Shown here: one piece after another, positions 1 to 10,539 of the stretch
Layout of the letters: each line of letters starts with the position of its first letter
How positions within the stretch are numbered: position 1 is the first letter of the stretch
NCBI RefSeq assembly: GCF_006345805.1
Contig: NC_042997.1
Coordinates: 97,774,001 to 97,838,000 of the forward strand
From: Octopus sinensis
Lineage: Eukaryota
DNA: 64,000 nt
Reading direction: 5' to 3'
Notes under the pieces: generated by a model
Database searches by the model: none
Seen by the model: the letters and a program-made list of their open reading frames with translations, nothing else
Told to the model about the DNA's origin: nothing
Translations under genes and position numbers: made by a program

Positions 1-180
1 TAGTTACTGCTTTTTAAGTCAGCTAATTTTTGTGGATTAAAATGAATTATAGCATTTATTTTTGTCTTGGTTCCATTAGTGAAAATTTAACCAGGATTGA
101 GATATATACTGTGTTCATTTAATTATTCCCTCATCCTATAAAAGTTGGCTTTCTACGTAGTCAAAATAAATCAATATTAA

Positions 181-338
181 CCCTTTAGCTCTGTTGCAGC
201 ATGTTCTCTATTTTTAAAATAAGATTTTTTTAACCTGTTAGAAATGACAACCAAGTTTTCCTCAAATTACACCCTACAGTCTAAGAAAAGGACAATGTAC
301 TAGGTAATGGTGGTCATGGAAGGAGTGTATCTGGAAGG
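181..338. mobile_element. TTAA-flanked MITE (piggyBac type)
   Basis: ttaa|ccctt...gaagg|ttaa termini. Confidence 0.5.
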
Positions 339-1112
339 TTAAAAGAAAAAATACGAGCATGTGCCGGTTGAAGAGGTAGCTGTGCAAGCACGAGCATATG
401 TGAACAAAGCAGGGGTGTATATTCCTAGTGTGCTAGGTGTGTGCTGCCCATCCATCAAAAATGGCAAATTCATTATAAATATTAACTTATTAATTTAATC
501 ACAAATCTTAAAACTTTTTTGTTATACCCTTGCTTGAAATTTGGTGGTATTGGGTGTGGCAGCATTCCCAATACAACCACCGTATGGCACTGGAACAAAA
601 TCCTTCTGGTCAAAAATGGTATAGAGTAATTTGTAAGGAAAAATATTTATCAGAAAAAATTGTCTGAATTTAAGATGAGAGGTGTGGTGGTGAGGGGCCC
701 CTCATGTCATGGCATGACTAGATAACAGGTCTGCACATTCTGAACTAGGATTTGAATGTAAAACCATGAAGGCCTTGGAGTAATGACTGCTGAAACAATA
801 TATTATCCAGGTGAAAAATTTAAATCTTCTTCATGCAATGTATTGTAAAATTTTTCTAATTCAACAGAAATAAGGCTTCAGATTTATAGGGAAGTGAAAT
901 AGGGGCCGACTTGAGATTTTTTTTCATTCACAAAAGCATTACCAGTGTAATTTATATGGAAAGAATGCATTAAAAAAAAAAAAAGTATCAAATACTCCTT
1001 TTAATAAGAATGGTGTTGATTTGAAAGATAAAAACACAGATTTCATAATCATTTAGTTTATTATTTGTGCAGTTATGTGTGACAATCCTTCAATGAAGCA
1101 TAATCACATTTT

Positions 1113-1269
1113 TGTGTGGTAAGAAGGTTGCTTCCCAGCCACATGGTCCTGGGTTCTGTCCCACTGCATAGCACCTTGGGCAAGTGCCTTCTGCTATAGT
1201 CTTGGACCAACCAAAGTTTTGTGAATAGATTTGATAGATGGAAACTGAAAGAAGTTTACTGTGTATGTA

Positions 1270-1302
<33 letters not shown>

Positions 1303-1494
1303 TTATATAATGTGCGTCTTTGTGTCTGTCCCACCATCACCACTTGACAACTGGTGTAACTTAGTGGTTTGGCAAAAGAGACCAATTGAATAAGTACTTG
1401 GCTTTAAAAAAGTCCTGGGGCTAATCTGTTCAAGTAAAACTCTTCAAGGTGGTGCTCCAGCATGGCTGCAGTCAAATGATTGAAACAAAAGAAT
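1113..1494 (+). mobile_element. SINE type B1 (tRNA-like head, CORE-like block, internal microsatellite, ...gcagtcaaatgattgaaac tail)
   Basis: Matches copies at 18158, 13495 and 4434; the accttgggcaagtg block resembles the CORE domain (octopus OR-type SINEs, from recall). Confidence 0.75.
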
Positions 1495-1904
1495 ACTGTT
1501 TGTAAACCCCACCACCGCCATACCTCATCTTGAAACCAGACAATATTTTTCTTATCACTTTTGTTACAAGTTACTCTATACCTTTTCGTCCAGGTCTTTG
1601 TTCACATATGCTCATACCTATACAACCAGCTCTTCTTCTCTCTCACACCAGCTAGTATACCTCAAAAATGCTCAACCACCTTCTTTTCTCTCTTCAACTC
1701 TCTCTTTTCAATAAGTTAATTTAGTGCAGCCAGTGAATCCTATTCAATCTTCACTCAGCAAATCTTCCACATTCAGATTCAATTATGTCCATGTCCCACT
1801 ACTATTCACAAAAATTTCTTGTGTTATTGGGCAATCCCTCCAAATACTTCTATTTGAACAGATTTGTTGCAACACAGAAATTGCTCACTCAGGTAAAACA
1901 TGTT

Positions 1905-2320
1905 AAAGGTGGTGAGCTGGCAGAAGTGTTAGCACGCCAGGCGAAATGCTTACCAGTATTTCGTCTGCTGCTTCATTCTGAGTTCAAATTCTGCCAAGGT
2001 CGACTTTGCCTTTCATCCTTTCGGGGTCGATTAAATAAGTACCAGTTCTGCACTGGGGTCGATATAATCGACTTAATCCGTTTGTCTATCCTTGTTTTTC
2101 CACTCTATGTTTAGCCCCTTGTGGATAGTAAAGAAATAGGTATTTCGTCTGCCACTATGTTCTGAGTTCAAATTCTACCGAGGTCGACTTTGCCTTTCAT
2201 CCTTTCAGGGTCGATTAAATAAGTACCAGTTACGCACTGGAGTTGATATAATCGACTTAATCCGTTTGTCTGTCCTTGTTTGTCCTCTCTGTGTTTAGCC
2301 CCTTGTAGGTAGTAAAGAAA
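1905..2320 (+). mobile_element. SINE type A1, head-to-tail dimer
   Basis: A box tggcagaagtgttag, B box gagttcaaattc; 184-bp internal duplication; 15-bp TSD caggtaaaacatgtt at 1890-1904 and 2321-2335. Confidence 0.88.
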
Positions 2321-2571
2321 CAGGTAAAACATGTTTGACATTTCTAACAGATGTTTGATATTTCTGTAGGGAGATTTGGCTGCACGTGAAATAATTGTGT
2401 AGATGTTCCCTACTAACCCTCTGCTATTATACTATAACTGTTGGTATTGTAGTTGCCACTTTTCTGCTTTACAAAAAGTATTTGAGCTATTTAATTTTTT
2501 TTCTTTTTCTGATTACTAGTCAAAATTTAGAGGAAGATGTCAACTGAAATGTGTTTAAAGAAATCGCTTGA

Positions 2572-2803
2572 ACCCTGAAGCATTTAAACCGGCCATATTT
2601 GACTCAAATATTTTATGTTCAAACCAGCCAGATTCAACCTCTCACACCTACCCACCAGTGTCATTCTAACAATAAACCATCACAGCATTGAAATCTTGAA
2701 GCTACAAGATAATGCATGATTAATTCATTAATCATGCATTATCTTGTAGAATGCAAATGAACTTTTCATTATATTTGACAGTAAATTGAATGCTAATGAT
2801 TAA
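2572..2803. mobile_element. TTAA MITE family M2 with internal fold-back
   Basis: Shares ttatgttcaaac..gccagat..ctctcacacctaccc..tgtcattct with copies at 19470, 22058, 29429, 38209 and 56650. Confidence 0.7.
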
Positions 2804-3678
2804 TATATAATGATTAATGCTAATGATTAATGATTAACTGGACTTGCAGTTTTTTCTATCATCACCCATCCTGCTTATAAGTAGCATCAGAATTTTGAAT
2901 TGATTTCTCTTTCTAGAAAAAGCTATTAAAATCATTTAACTGAAAGTGATTTCTTCCTGAAATGTGATCTTTTATTATAATGATAGAGTAGTAGATTTGC
3001 TTTTTATTTGTAAATGAATCTAAATCTCTTATTTTAGGTTACACAATGTCAACTATTAATTAGAACTTCACTATTAGCTACTTGTTAATAACAACTGACA
3101 TTTTTAGAGAATAAACCCTAATTAGTGTCGTAAGTAGTTGGCTGGAATCTTTTTAAATGGTTTATTTTTATTGTTACTGGTTGGGTAACTTAGATGGTGG
3201 TTAGTAGCAGGTAAATAGACAGCCTAAAATTTTGACTGCATTTTTTCATGATGCTATTTATCGCGATTTGAAAAAAAAAAAAAAAATTATGCAGGCTTGC
3301 AGGTGTGACCGTGCAGCAAGAAGCTTGCTTCCCAACCACAGGGTTCTGGCTTCAGTCCCACTGTGTGGCACTTTGGGCAAGTGTCTTATAACCTCTGGCT
3401 AACCAAAGTTTTGTGTATGAATTAGGTAGACGGAAACTGAAAGAAGCCAGTCATATTTAGTTTCATTAATTCCAACTCTTGTTGTGGTTGAATTTGCTCT
3501 TTGTGTATTTGGTGTCAGAAGAAATAACTACTTCCATGATACTGGAAGACAATTGAACTGAAGATAATCATTCCCAATAGATTTGTGAAAAAATACTTTT
3601 CTTGGTTTGTAAACTACATAATGTCATTCCCTGAATTACTGAGAACTGTAGCTGGCTGAGTTTATCAATCTACTTTGA

Positions 3679-4249
3679 CCCTTTTGTTACCATTTTTTTG
3701 TAAAAAAAAACATTGCATTTGTTTCAATTAATTTTCAGAATAATGAAGAATTTAGTAAAGTAGCTTTGTCATCATTAAACTGGTGTTTGGGACATAATTT
3801 TATCATGAAACATTGGGAGATTTTAACCCTTTAGCATTCAAATCACTCTATCCAATGTAATACTTATTTATACACATTGTTTTGAGTTAATTCTGTTAGT
3901 TCACTCTGCTGACTGGTTGGTATCAGGAAGGGCATCCAGCCATAAAACCCTGCCAAACAGTCACAGAAGTCTGGTGTGGGCTCTTGCCTGGCTAACTCTT
4001 GTCAAACTGTCCAACCCACGCCAGCACAAGATGGATGTTGAATAATTATGATATAGCTTTGAGATTTCAATGATGTGATTGTATATTCTTAGTGACATTG
4101 TAGGGTAGGTGTAATGGGTTAAATCTGGTAGGTCTGAACATAAAACAGTATATGTAGGCTGGTTTTATTTGCTAAATGGTCAGTTTAGATCACTTTTAAA
4201 CAGGGAAGTTTAACTAGGAGTGGTCTTGGATGGATTGGTCTCAAAAGGG
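3679..4249. mobile_element. Nested MITE M1 > MITE M2 > RTE 3' tail
   Basis: M1 halves 3679-3826 and about 4183-4249; M2 3827-about 4180 inserted at TTAA; RTE tail about 3901-4052 (+) inside M2. Confidence 0.7.
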
Positions 4250-4433
4250 TTTATACTGAGATGACAGATTTTGCTGTCAGTTCTCTGTTGACTCTGACAA
4301 ATAGTCAATGACTCCTTTCACTTGAAAATAGGTTCCATATATTTGTAGATGTACAACTCTTTGTTGTTGGTAGCAAGTAGAGCATTTGTATTGTTTAATG
4401 TTATTAGCAACCATCTATGGGAAATGATCCTTT

Positions 4434-4756
4434 CTTTCATCTTTTACCTGTTTGTCACTAGACTGCAGCCATGCTGGGGCATTACCTTGAACTTTTAGTT
4501 GAATGAATCAATCTCAGTTGCTGAATTGCTAAGTTACAGGGATGTAAACACACTAACACTGGACAAATATACATATACACGCTCACGCACACACAATGGC
4601 CTACTTTCAGTTTCTGTTTACAAAATCCACTCAGAAGGCTTTGGTCTGCCTGAGGCTATAGTAGAATTCACTTACCCAAGGTGCCATGCAGTGGGACTAA
4701 ATCTGGAACCATGTGGTTGGGAACCAAACTTCTTACCACACAGCTACTTCTGCACC
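4434..4756 (-). mobile_element. SINE type B1
   Basis: Reverse complement of the B1 head, core and tail. Confidence 0.7.
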
Positions 4757-5055
4757 TTAAATTATGATCAATTGTCTTTTATCTATGCTTCTTCCCTTAC
4801 ATTTCTCAACTGGCTCTATTATTTTACATTACAAAAAGGACTAAATATCTACTAAGTTAATTAGTTCATAGTTTCTTCATAGAACATTTGAGAGAAATTA
4901 ATTCCCGTCTTTTTGTTTTTATATTGTGCCTTTTTTATTCTTATACAAAACCATGGCAACTAGCTTTAATACTTTAGTATTTAAACTGGCTACATCCAAC
5001 CAAAATATTTTACCCATTTTATGTTCAAACCGGCCAGATCTGGTTTCTCACACTG

Positions 5056-5580
5056 TCATCATCATCATTGTTTAACGTCTGCTTTCCATGCTAGCATGGG
5101 TTGGACGATTTTGACTGAGGGCTGGTGAACCAGATGGTTGCACCAGGCTCCAGTCTTGATCTGGTAGAGTTTCTACAGCTGGATGCCCTTCCTAACGCCA
5201 ACCACTCTGAGAGTGTAGTGGGTGCTTTTATATTTCATCGGCATGGGACCAGTGAGGCGGTACTGGCAACGACCTCGCTTGAATCTTTTACGCATGCCAC
5301 CAGCACAGGTGCCAGTAAAGCGATGCTGGTAACGATCACGTTCGAATGGTGTCTTTTATGTGCCACCGGCACAGAGGATAGCCCGCTCAGGCAACGATCA
5401 TGCTCGGATGGTGCTCTTAATACCCTACTAGCATGGGGCTTGAGTGCCAGAAAGGCGGCGCTGGTAGCAGTCACATTCGAATGATGCCTTTTAAGTGCCA
5501 CTGGCACAGGAGCCAGTTAGCCACTCTGTCAATCAACACACTCATATGGTGCTCTTTGCACCCCGCTAGCACAGACGCAA
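5056..5580 (-). mobile_element. 5'-truncated RTE-LINE 3' UTR copy with about 6 tandem ~65-bp units
   Basis: (CAT)n tail, ggatgcccttcctaacgccaaccactc block and repeated gtgccac(c/t)ggcac units; same sequence as the 3' UTR of the LINE at 43865. Confidence 0.8.
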
Positions 5581-6174
5581 CTCAACCACTATTGTTCAAT
5601 ATGTAGGAAAGTTCAATTGCTGATTGAACAACTGGAATATTTCTTATAGCTACTGATGAAAATCTGTTTATATACATAAAAGCTTCCTGAAAACCCTTAT
5701 AGATAATAAACTTGAGTTTAAGAACACTTCTTATCTATAAGTGATCTTTGTTGTATTTACTTTTATCTCACTCATCCGTTTGAAGTGTGTGTGTGTGTGT
5801 ACTTAATGGGTAGACCAGTTGCTTTGTCATACAAATTTAATGTGAGATCTTAGGAGTAGCTTACAGTGGAAAAAGAAAATAAAAATTATGCCTTCCAGTT
5901 TGAGAGGAATGGAATTCAGTCCTGTAAGGTTAAACTCTTTTCGAATACAATGTTATCCTTTGTATAACTCTCAATTATATTTCTATTCATATTTGTTTCC
6001 ATCTCGATAAATTCTTTAAAATATGTATTATTAGCTACTAGACTTCATTTCTAGATACTAAACATGAACTTAATAGGAATGCATTCTAATAAACCATGTA
6101 AACCTGTCTACATTCTAGACAAAATTAGAGATTGTATTAGATCAGTGTTCAGATTGACTGTCCTAGCCATTTAA

Positions 6175-6570
6175 TCATCATCATCGTTTAACATCCGTTT
6201 TCCATGCTAGCATGGGTTGGACAGTTCGACTGGGATCTGGGAAGCCAGAAGGCTGCACCAGGCTCCAGTCTGATCTGGCAGTTTTTCTACAGCTGGATGC
6301 CCTTCCTAACGTCAACCACTCTGTGAGTGTAGTGTGTGCTTTTTACGTGCCACCGGAACGGGCCAGAGGAGGCTGGCAAATGACCACGATTGGTTGGTAC
6401 TTTTTATGTGTCACTGGCACAGATACCAGTCAAGGCGGTGCTGGCATTAGCCAGGTTCGGATGGTGCTTTTTACGTGCCACTGGCATGGATATCACAACT
6501 ACAATTTCCATTTGATTTTTATTTTGATATTGATGTACTTGACTCAATAGGTCTCTTGAAGCACAGCAGG
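6175..6570 (-). mobile_element. 5'-truncated RTE-LINE 3' UTR copy
   Basis: Near identical to the copies at 18997, 53235 and 57705. Confidence 0.8.
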
Positions 6571-7491
6571 TCACCCTACAATGTTTTAAAAAAATCATGT
6601 TTTTATAATTAAATATTAGGAATTGTATATTAAAAAAAAAAATCAATATTTTGTGAATTATAGAAGTCTAACAAATTTATTGCAGATAAATTTTAATGAA
6701 CTCTTATATGAGCCCTGGTTGAGAACTGCTGTATTAGACAGAACAAAAGTTATGGCTACCCCAATAGAATTAAAATCCATATCATTAATACCTGGTTGTT
6801 ATTACCAGCATATTGCAGTTCTCATGGAAATTCACCTTACAACGGTGTCTTTTTACCAGTACATGTCAAGTTTTAAGATCATTTAGCTAACGCATGTACA
6901 GTTCATATTTCAATTATGTTATGATTTCACTTGAGTTGATTAAATTGCATAATCTCTTTATAATACTGAGATCCAGGTCAGCTTTTACAAATCACTTGAA
7001 TTATTTTAAAGGGACCTAAAGTGTAAAATCTGGACTCCAGGGAAACTGAGATAGTGTCTCTTGGGCTGCAAACTAATAAAATTATTTGCAGTTTAGTTTT
7101 TGATAAATTTGTTAGTTATCCTAAGATTGAATTGTTGTTTCCTTTTATTTTTTAAACAGTGAAATGTGCTCAAATAAACAGTAGGCTAGTACAAAGCTAC
7201 AAGTGTAGGAAGTGAATTCTGTTGAGGCTCTATATCTCTTTGCCTTCTCTGGGTCATACAAATTAAAAATGGGTGAGGGGGAAACCTTTCTTTCTCTTTG
7301 ATCTTCACTTGCCATCCTCACTTTTGTTGCAGTTGTTGATGTTAGTTAACATAATCATTGTGGATTCTGAAAAAGTTTTATTTAGAAAAATATATTGTAG
7401 AAATATGTGCCTGAAGATTTAATTTGAAAATATTAGTCTTGTACAATTTGAATACATTCTATATAATAATTTATATTTTCAGATTTAAAAT

Positions 7492-7702
7492 ATGCCTGCT
7501 CGAATGTTTGATAACCCTTCTGTAGGGGAAGGGACTAAAAATGGCCCAGTCAATGAAATCTCTGAATTTTACTGCTCTGATGAAGTCATTATTTCTGGTG
7601 TATCTGGACGCCTTCCAGAATCCAGCAACATTGCAGAATTCCGAGAAAATCTCATCAATGGTATTGATATGATCACAGAGGATGACCGACGATGGAAACC
7701 TG
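7492..7702 (+). CDS. FASN: FASN exon 1 (N-terminal extension plus KS start)
   Basis: MPARMFD...[14 protein letters not shown]...DDRRWKP; acceptor ttttcag at 7482, donor gtaagt at 7703; phase 1. Confidence 0.93.
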
Positions 7703-7711
7703 GTAAGTCCT

Positions 7712-8092
7712 CATTTAACGTCCACTTTCCCATGCTTGCATGGGTTGCACAGACCTTGTTGAGGCAGATTTTTTTTTATGGCTGGATGCCCTTCCTGTTA
7801 ACTCTGTTTCTAAGCAAGGTAATATTTTTCACAGAAGACTGAAAAAAAAGCAACCTTAATTGTATGGTAATGGTGATCGTTTATAATTATGTGCTGTCTA
7901 GACAAAGGGATATGAACATGTCAGCACATGCAACAGTTTTTTTCAGTTTCTGCTTCCCAAATCCATTCACAAGGCTTTGGTAAGCTTGAGGCTATAGTGG
8001 AAAGCACTTGTCCAAGGTGCTGTGCAGTGAAACAACCTGAGGCCATGTGGTTAGGAAGCAATCTCCTTTGTCGCAGAACAACGGCTGCACCT
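7712..8092 (-). mobile_element. SINE type B2 (B head/core with RTE-like tail)
   Basis: CORE-like acttgtccaaggtgc block joined to an RTE-like ggatgcccttcctg...catgcttgcatggg tail. Confidence 0.7.
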
Positions 8093-8709
8093 AAATGTTA
8101 TAAATTTTCTTTCTTAGTGTGAAGTAGCGTTTCTGGATGGCTTTATAACTTCTAAAATTGCAGAAGAATTCGCCAGTTGGTAGCTTGGCTTAAAGGGTAG
8201 AGCACTCCAACCGGATATTGGAGGGGGTGTAAGTTTGATCCTCATGGCTGGTTGCTGGCAAACTTTTCTGTTCTTAAAAGGATTTTATCTTTTATATATA
8301 TTGTTCAGTATTTACACATTGAAAATAAATGATCTTTCTACTTGTTCTACAATATGTTTCAACACTGCAAAAAAACAAATTTATTTGTTTACATGTAAAA
8401 AAAAAAAAAAAAAGACAAAATGATAGCATATTAAGAGCAAGAAGGTTGATTCATGATATTAACAATGATTTTCAGACAGTAGTGTGGTCTTTAATTTCTC
8501 AATTAGTGATTCTTTTAACTATAAACCATATCTAGATTGAGTTTTTGATAATTTGGTTATTTAGTTTATTTTGATAATTATATTGAGTAATAAGCTGCGA
8601 ATCCCTCTCTAGAAAATGTAGGCCTTTGAAAATTGCTGCATACAAATGAGACCCAGATAATACTCAGAACTATTAGAAAGGCTCACTTCATGCTTATTGT
8701 ATTTGCTAG

Positions 8710-8862
8710 GTCTGTATGACTTACCAAGACGTTCTGGAAAGCTAAAGGAACTGGATAAATTTGATGCTGCTTTCTTTGGGATTCCACCAAAACAAGCTGA
8801 TGCCATGGAACCCCAATTGCGAATGCTTTTAGAAGTTTCCTATGAATCCCTTATAGATGCTG
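8710..8862 (+). CDS. FASN: FASN exon 2 (KS)
   Basis: [24 protein letters not shown]...ESLIDA; ag/gt boundaries; 153 nt. Confidence 0.96.
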
Positions 8863-9158
8863 GTAAGTGTTTGCTCCCTGTTTTTTTTTTTTTTTGTTAT
8901 CCTTAAATTTTTTTATTTATTTAAGTTCAAAGTCAGTCGTGCTCTCTGAGTTGTTTTACAGCTCAGCAAGCTTTCTGCAATACCAGTGAATACATATTAT
9001 TCACCTGTTTCTTGTATATTGAAGCATGAATTTCATCTAAGCAAGTGACAAACCGGTGCATACCATTAACAAGCCCCAAGTAGGACCAAATGTGTCTGTT
9101 GTCAATGCTGTGATGATTTTTTGCATCACTCTGGTGTGTGTGTGTGTGTGTGTGTATT

Positions 9159-9182
9159 GTATCAGCTTCGGCAGTACATATG

Positions 9183-9215
<33 letters not shown>

Positions 9216-9264
9216 GGTCTCTGCACAAGGATGACATGCAAATTTGTGAAGTGTTCCATATTTT
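9159..9264 (+). pseudogene. U6: U6 snRNA full-length decayed copy (probable retrocopy)
   Basis: gcttcggcagtacatatgctaaaattggaacgatacagagaagattagcatgg...caaggatgaca...ccatatttt follows the U6 consensus, with the ACAGAGA box and AGC intact. It has several CpG-type substitutions, and (GT)n lies upstream instead of a TATA/PSE. Confidence 0.92.
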
Positions 9265-9269
9265 ACAAA

Positions 9270-9496
9270 GGCGGCTAGCTGGCAGAATCGTTAGTATGCT
9301 GAATTAAATCTTTAGCAGTATTTTGTCTGACTTTACATTCTGTGTTCAAACTTCACCGAGGTTGACTTTGCTTTTTTATCCTTTTGGGGTCAATAAATTA
9401 AGTACCAGTGAAACACTGGGGTGGCTGTAATTGACTAGTCCCCTCCCCACAAATTTCAAGCCTTGTGTCTTTAGTAGAAAGGATTATTATTATTAT
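9270..9496 (+). mobile_element. SINE type A2
   Basis: ggcggctagctggcagaatcgttag head, gtgttcaaac B box, ccttttggggtcaataaattaagtaccag core, (TTA)n tail. Confidence 0.85.
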
Positions 9497-9521
9497 AATG
9501 TGCATTTAACTTTTATTTCAG

Positions 9522-9695
9522 GTATTGATCCATACTCCATACGAGGCTCCCGAACTGGTGTCTTTATTGGTGCCAGTGAATCAGAAGCACATCAAGCTTG
9601 GTCTGTTGATCCTGAGTCAACTGTTGGGTACCACATGACTGGTTGTGCTCGTTCGATGTTTGCTAATCGTCTATCATTCTATTTTGATTTCAAAG
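9522..9695 (+). CDS. FASN: FASN exon 3 (KS)
   Basis: [17 protein letters not shown]...[13 protein letters not shown]; 174 nt. Confidence 0.96.
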
Positions 9696-9796
9696 GTAAG
9701 AAACTTGCTCTTTTTCTTTCTTCTTAATTCAATTTCTTTTTCTAAAAGTTTCTAAACATTCCTTTTATTCATTTTGTACTTCAGTCATTATTTAAT

Positions 9797-10040
9797 CCCT
9801 TTGATATCTGATATCAACCTGCCTGAAACTAACCCTGGTTCTATAATATAAACTTGCTGTTTTAGAGGAATCTAAATGAAACTTTTCTATCAAAATTTCA
9901 TGTTAATTTAATTCCAAAATTTAATTCCAAACTCCAGCTTGATAATGATGTAATTGATTTAGTAAATTCTTCATGATTTTCAAAATTAATTTAAACAAAA
10001 GCTGGTGTATTTTAGTAGGAAATATAGTAACAGAAAGGAT
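9797..10040. mobile_element. MITE family M1 (piggyBac-derived)
   Basis: Termini and interior similar to the copies at 13127 and 31164. Confidence 0.6.
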
Positions 10041-10539
10041 AAAAACTTAGTTTCCAAATCAAATGGAAAATGCCACTTCCCCTAATGTAAGAGATGAAAT
10101 TATGAAATCGTAAATCAAATTTTTTATTTACTCATAGATTGAAATATTTTTTTGTTTTGTTAATGTTTATCTTAATATCATGGTGGTTTTAAATTTTAGT
10201 TCTTATTTTGTCAGGCATTAGAAGGATTATGCATTAAAGGTTATGTTTAGCATCACTTTAATACCTACCTGAATAATGCAACTCAGTATTCTAGTAATAT
10301 TGGTTTCAAATGGCACAAGGCCAGCAATTTTGGGGGAGTATTAAGTTGATTACATTAATCCTAATACTCAACTGGTACTTATTTTATTCACCCCAAAAGA
10401 ATGAAAGATAGTCAACCTTGGTGGAATTTGAACTTAAAACATGAAACTTAAGACATGAAATGCTGCTAAGCTTTTTGTCCAGAGTGCTAAAGATTCTGCC
10501 AGCTTGTTGCCTTTAGTATTCTAGCAGTATTACTTATTA

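Noticed and set aside
1785-2114. 109-aa ORF and similar 60-120-aa ORFs (4499, 5125, 6212, 18329, 57747)
   Set aside because: They lie inside SINE or LINE-tail copies and recur as similar peptides wherever the repeat occurs; no evidence of coding function.
5220-5580. CRISPR-like repeat/spacer appearance (palindromic motif every ~65 bp)
   Set aside because: The units are degenerate, the spacers are homologous to each other, the array is part of an RTE 3' UTR found many times in the window, there are no cas genes, and the host is eukaryotic.
7140-7210. Candidate upstream 5' UTR exon after tttttaaacag
   Set aside because: Acceptor-like sequence is present but there is no convincing donor or promoter evidence; the non-coding first exon could not be located from sequence alone.
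9159-9264. Functional U6 gene
   Set aside because: No TATA/PSE upstream (GT repeat instead) and CpG-type substitutions disrupt the internal stem-loop.
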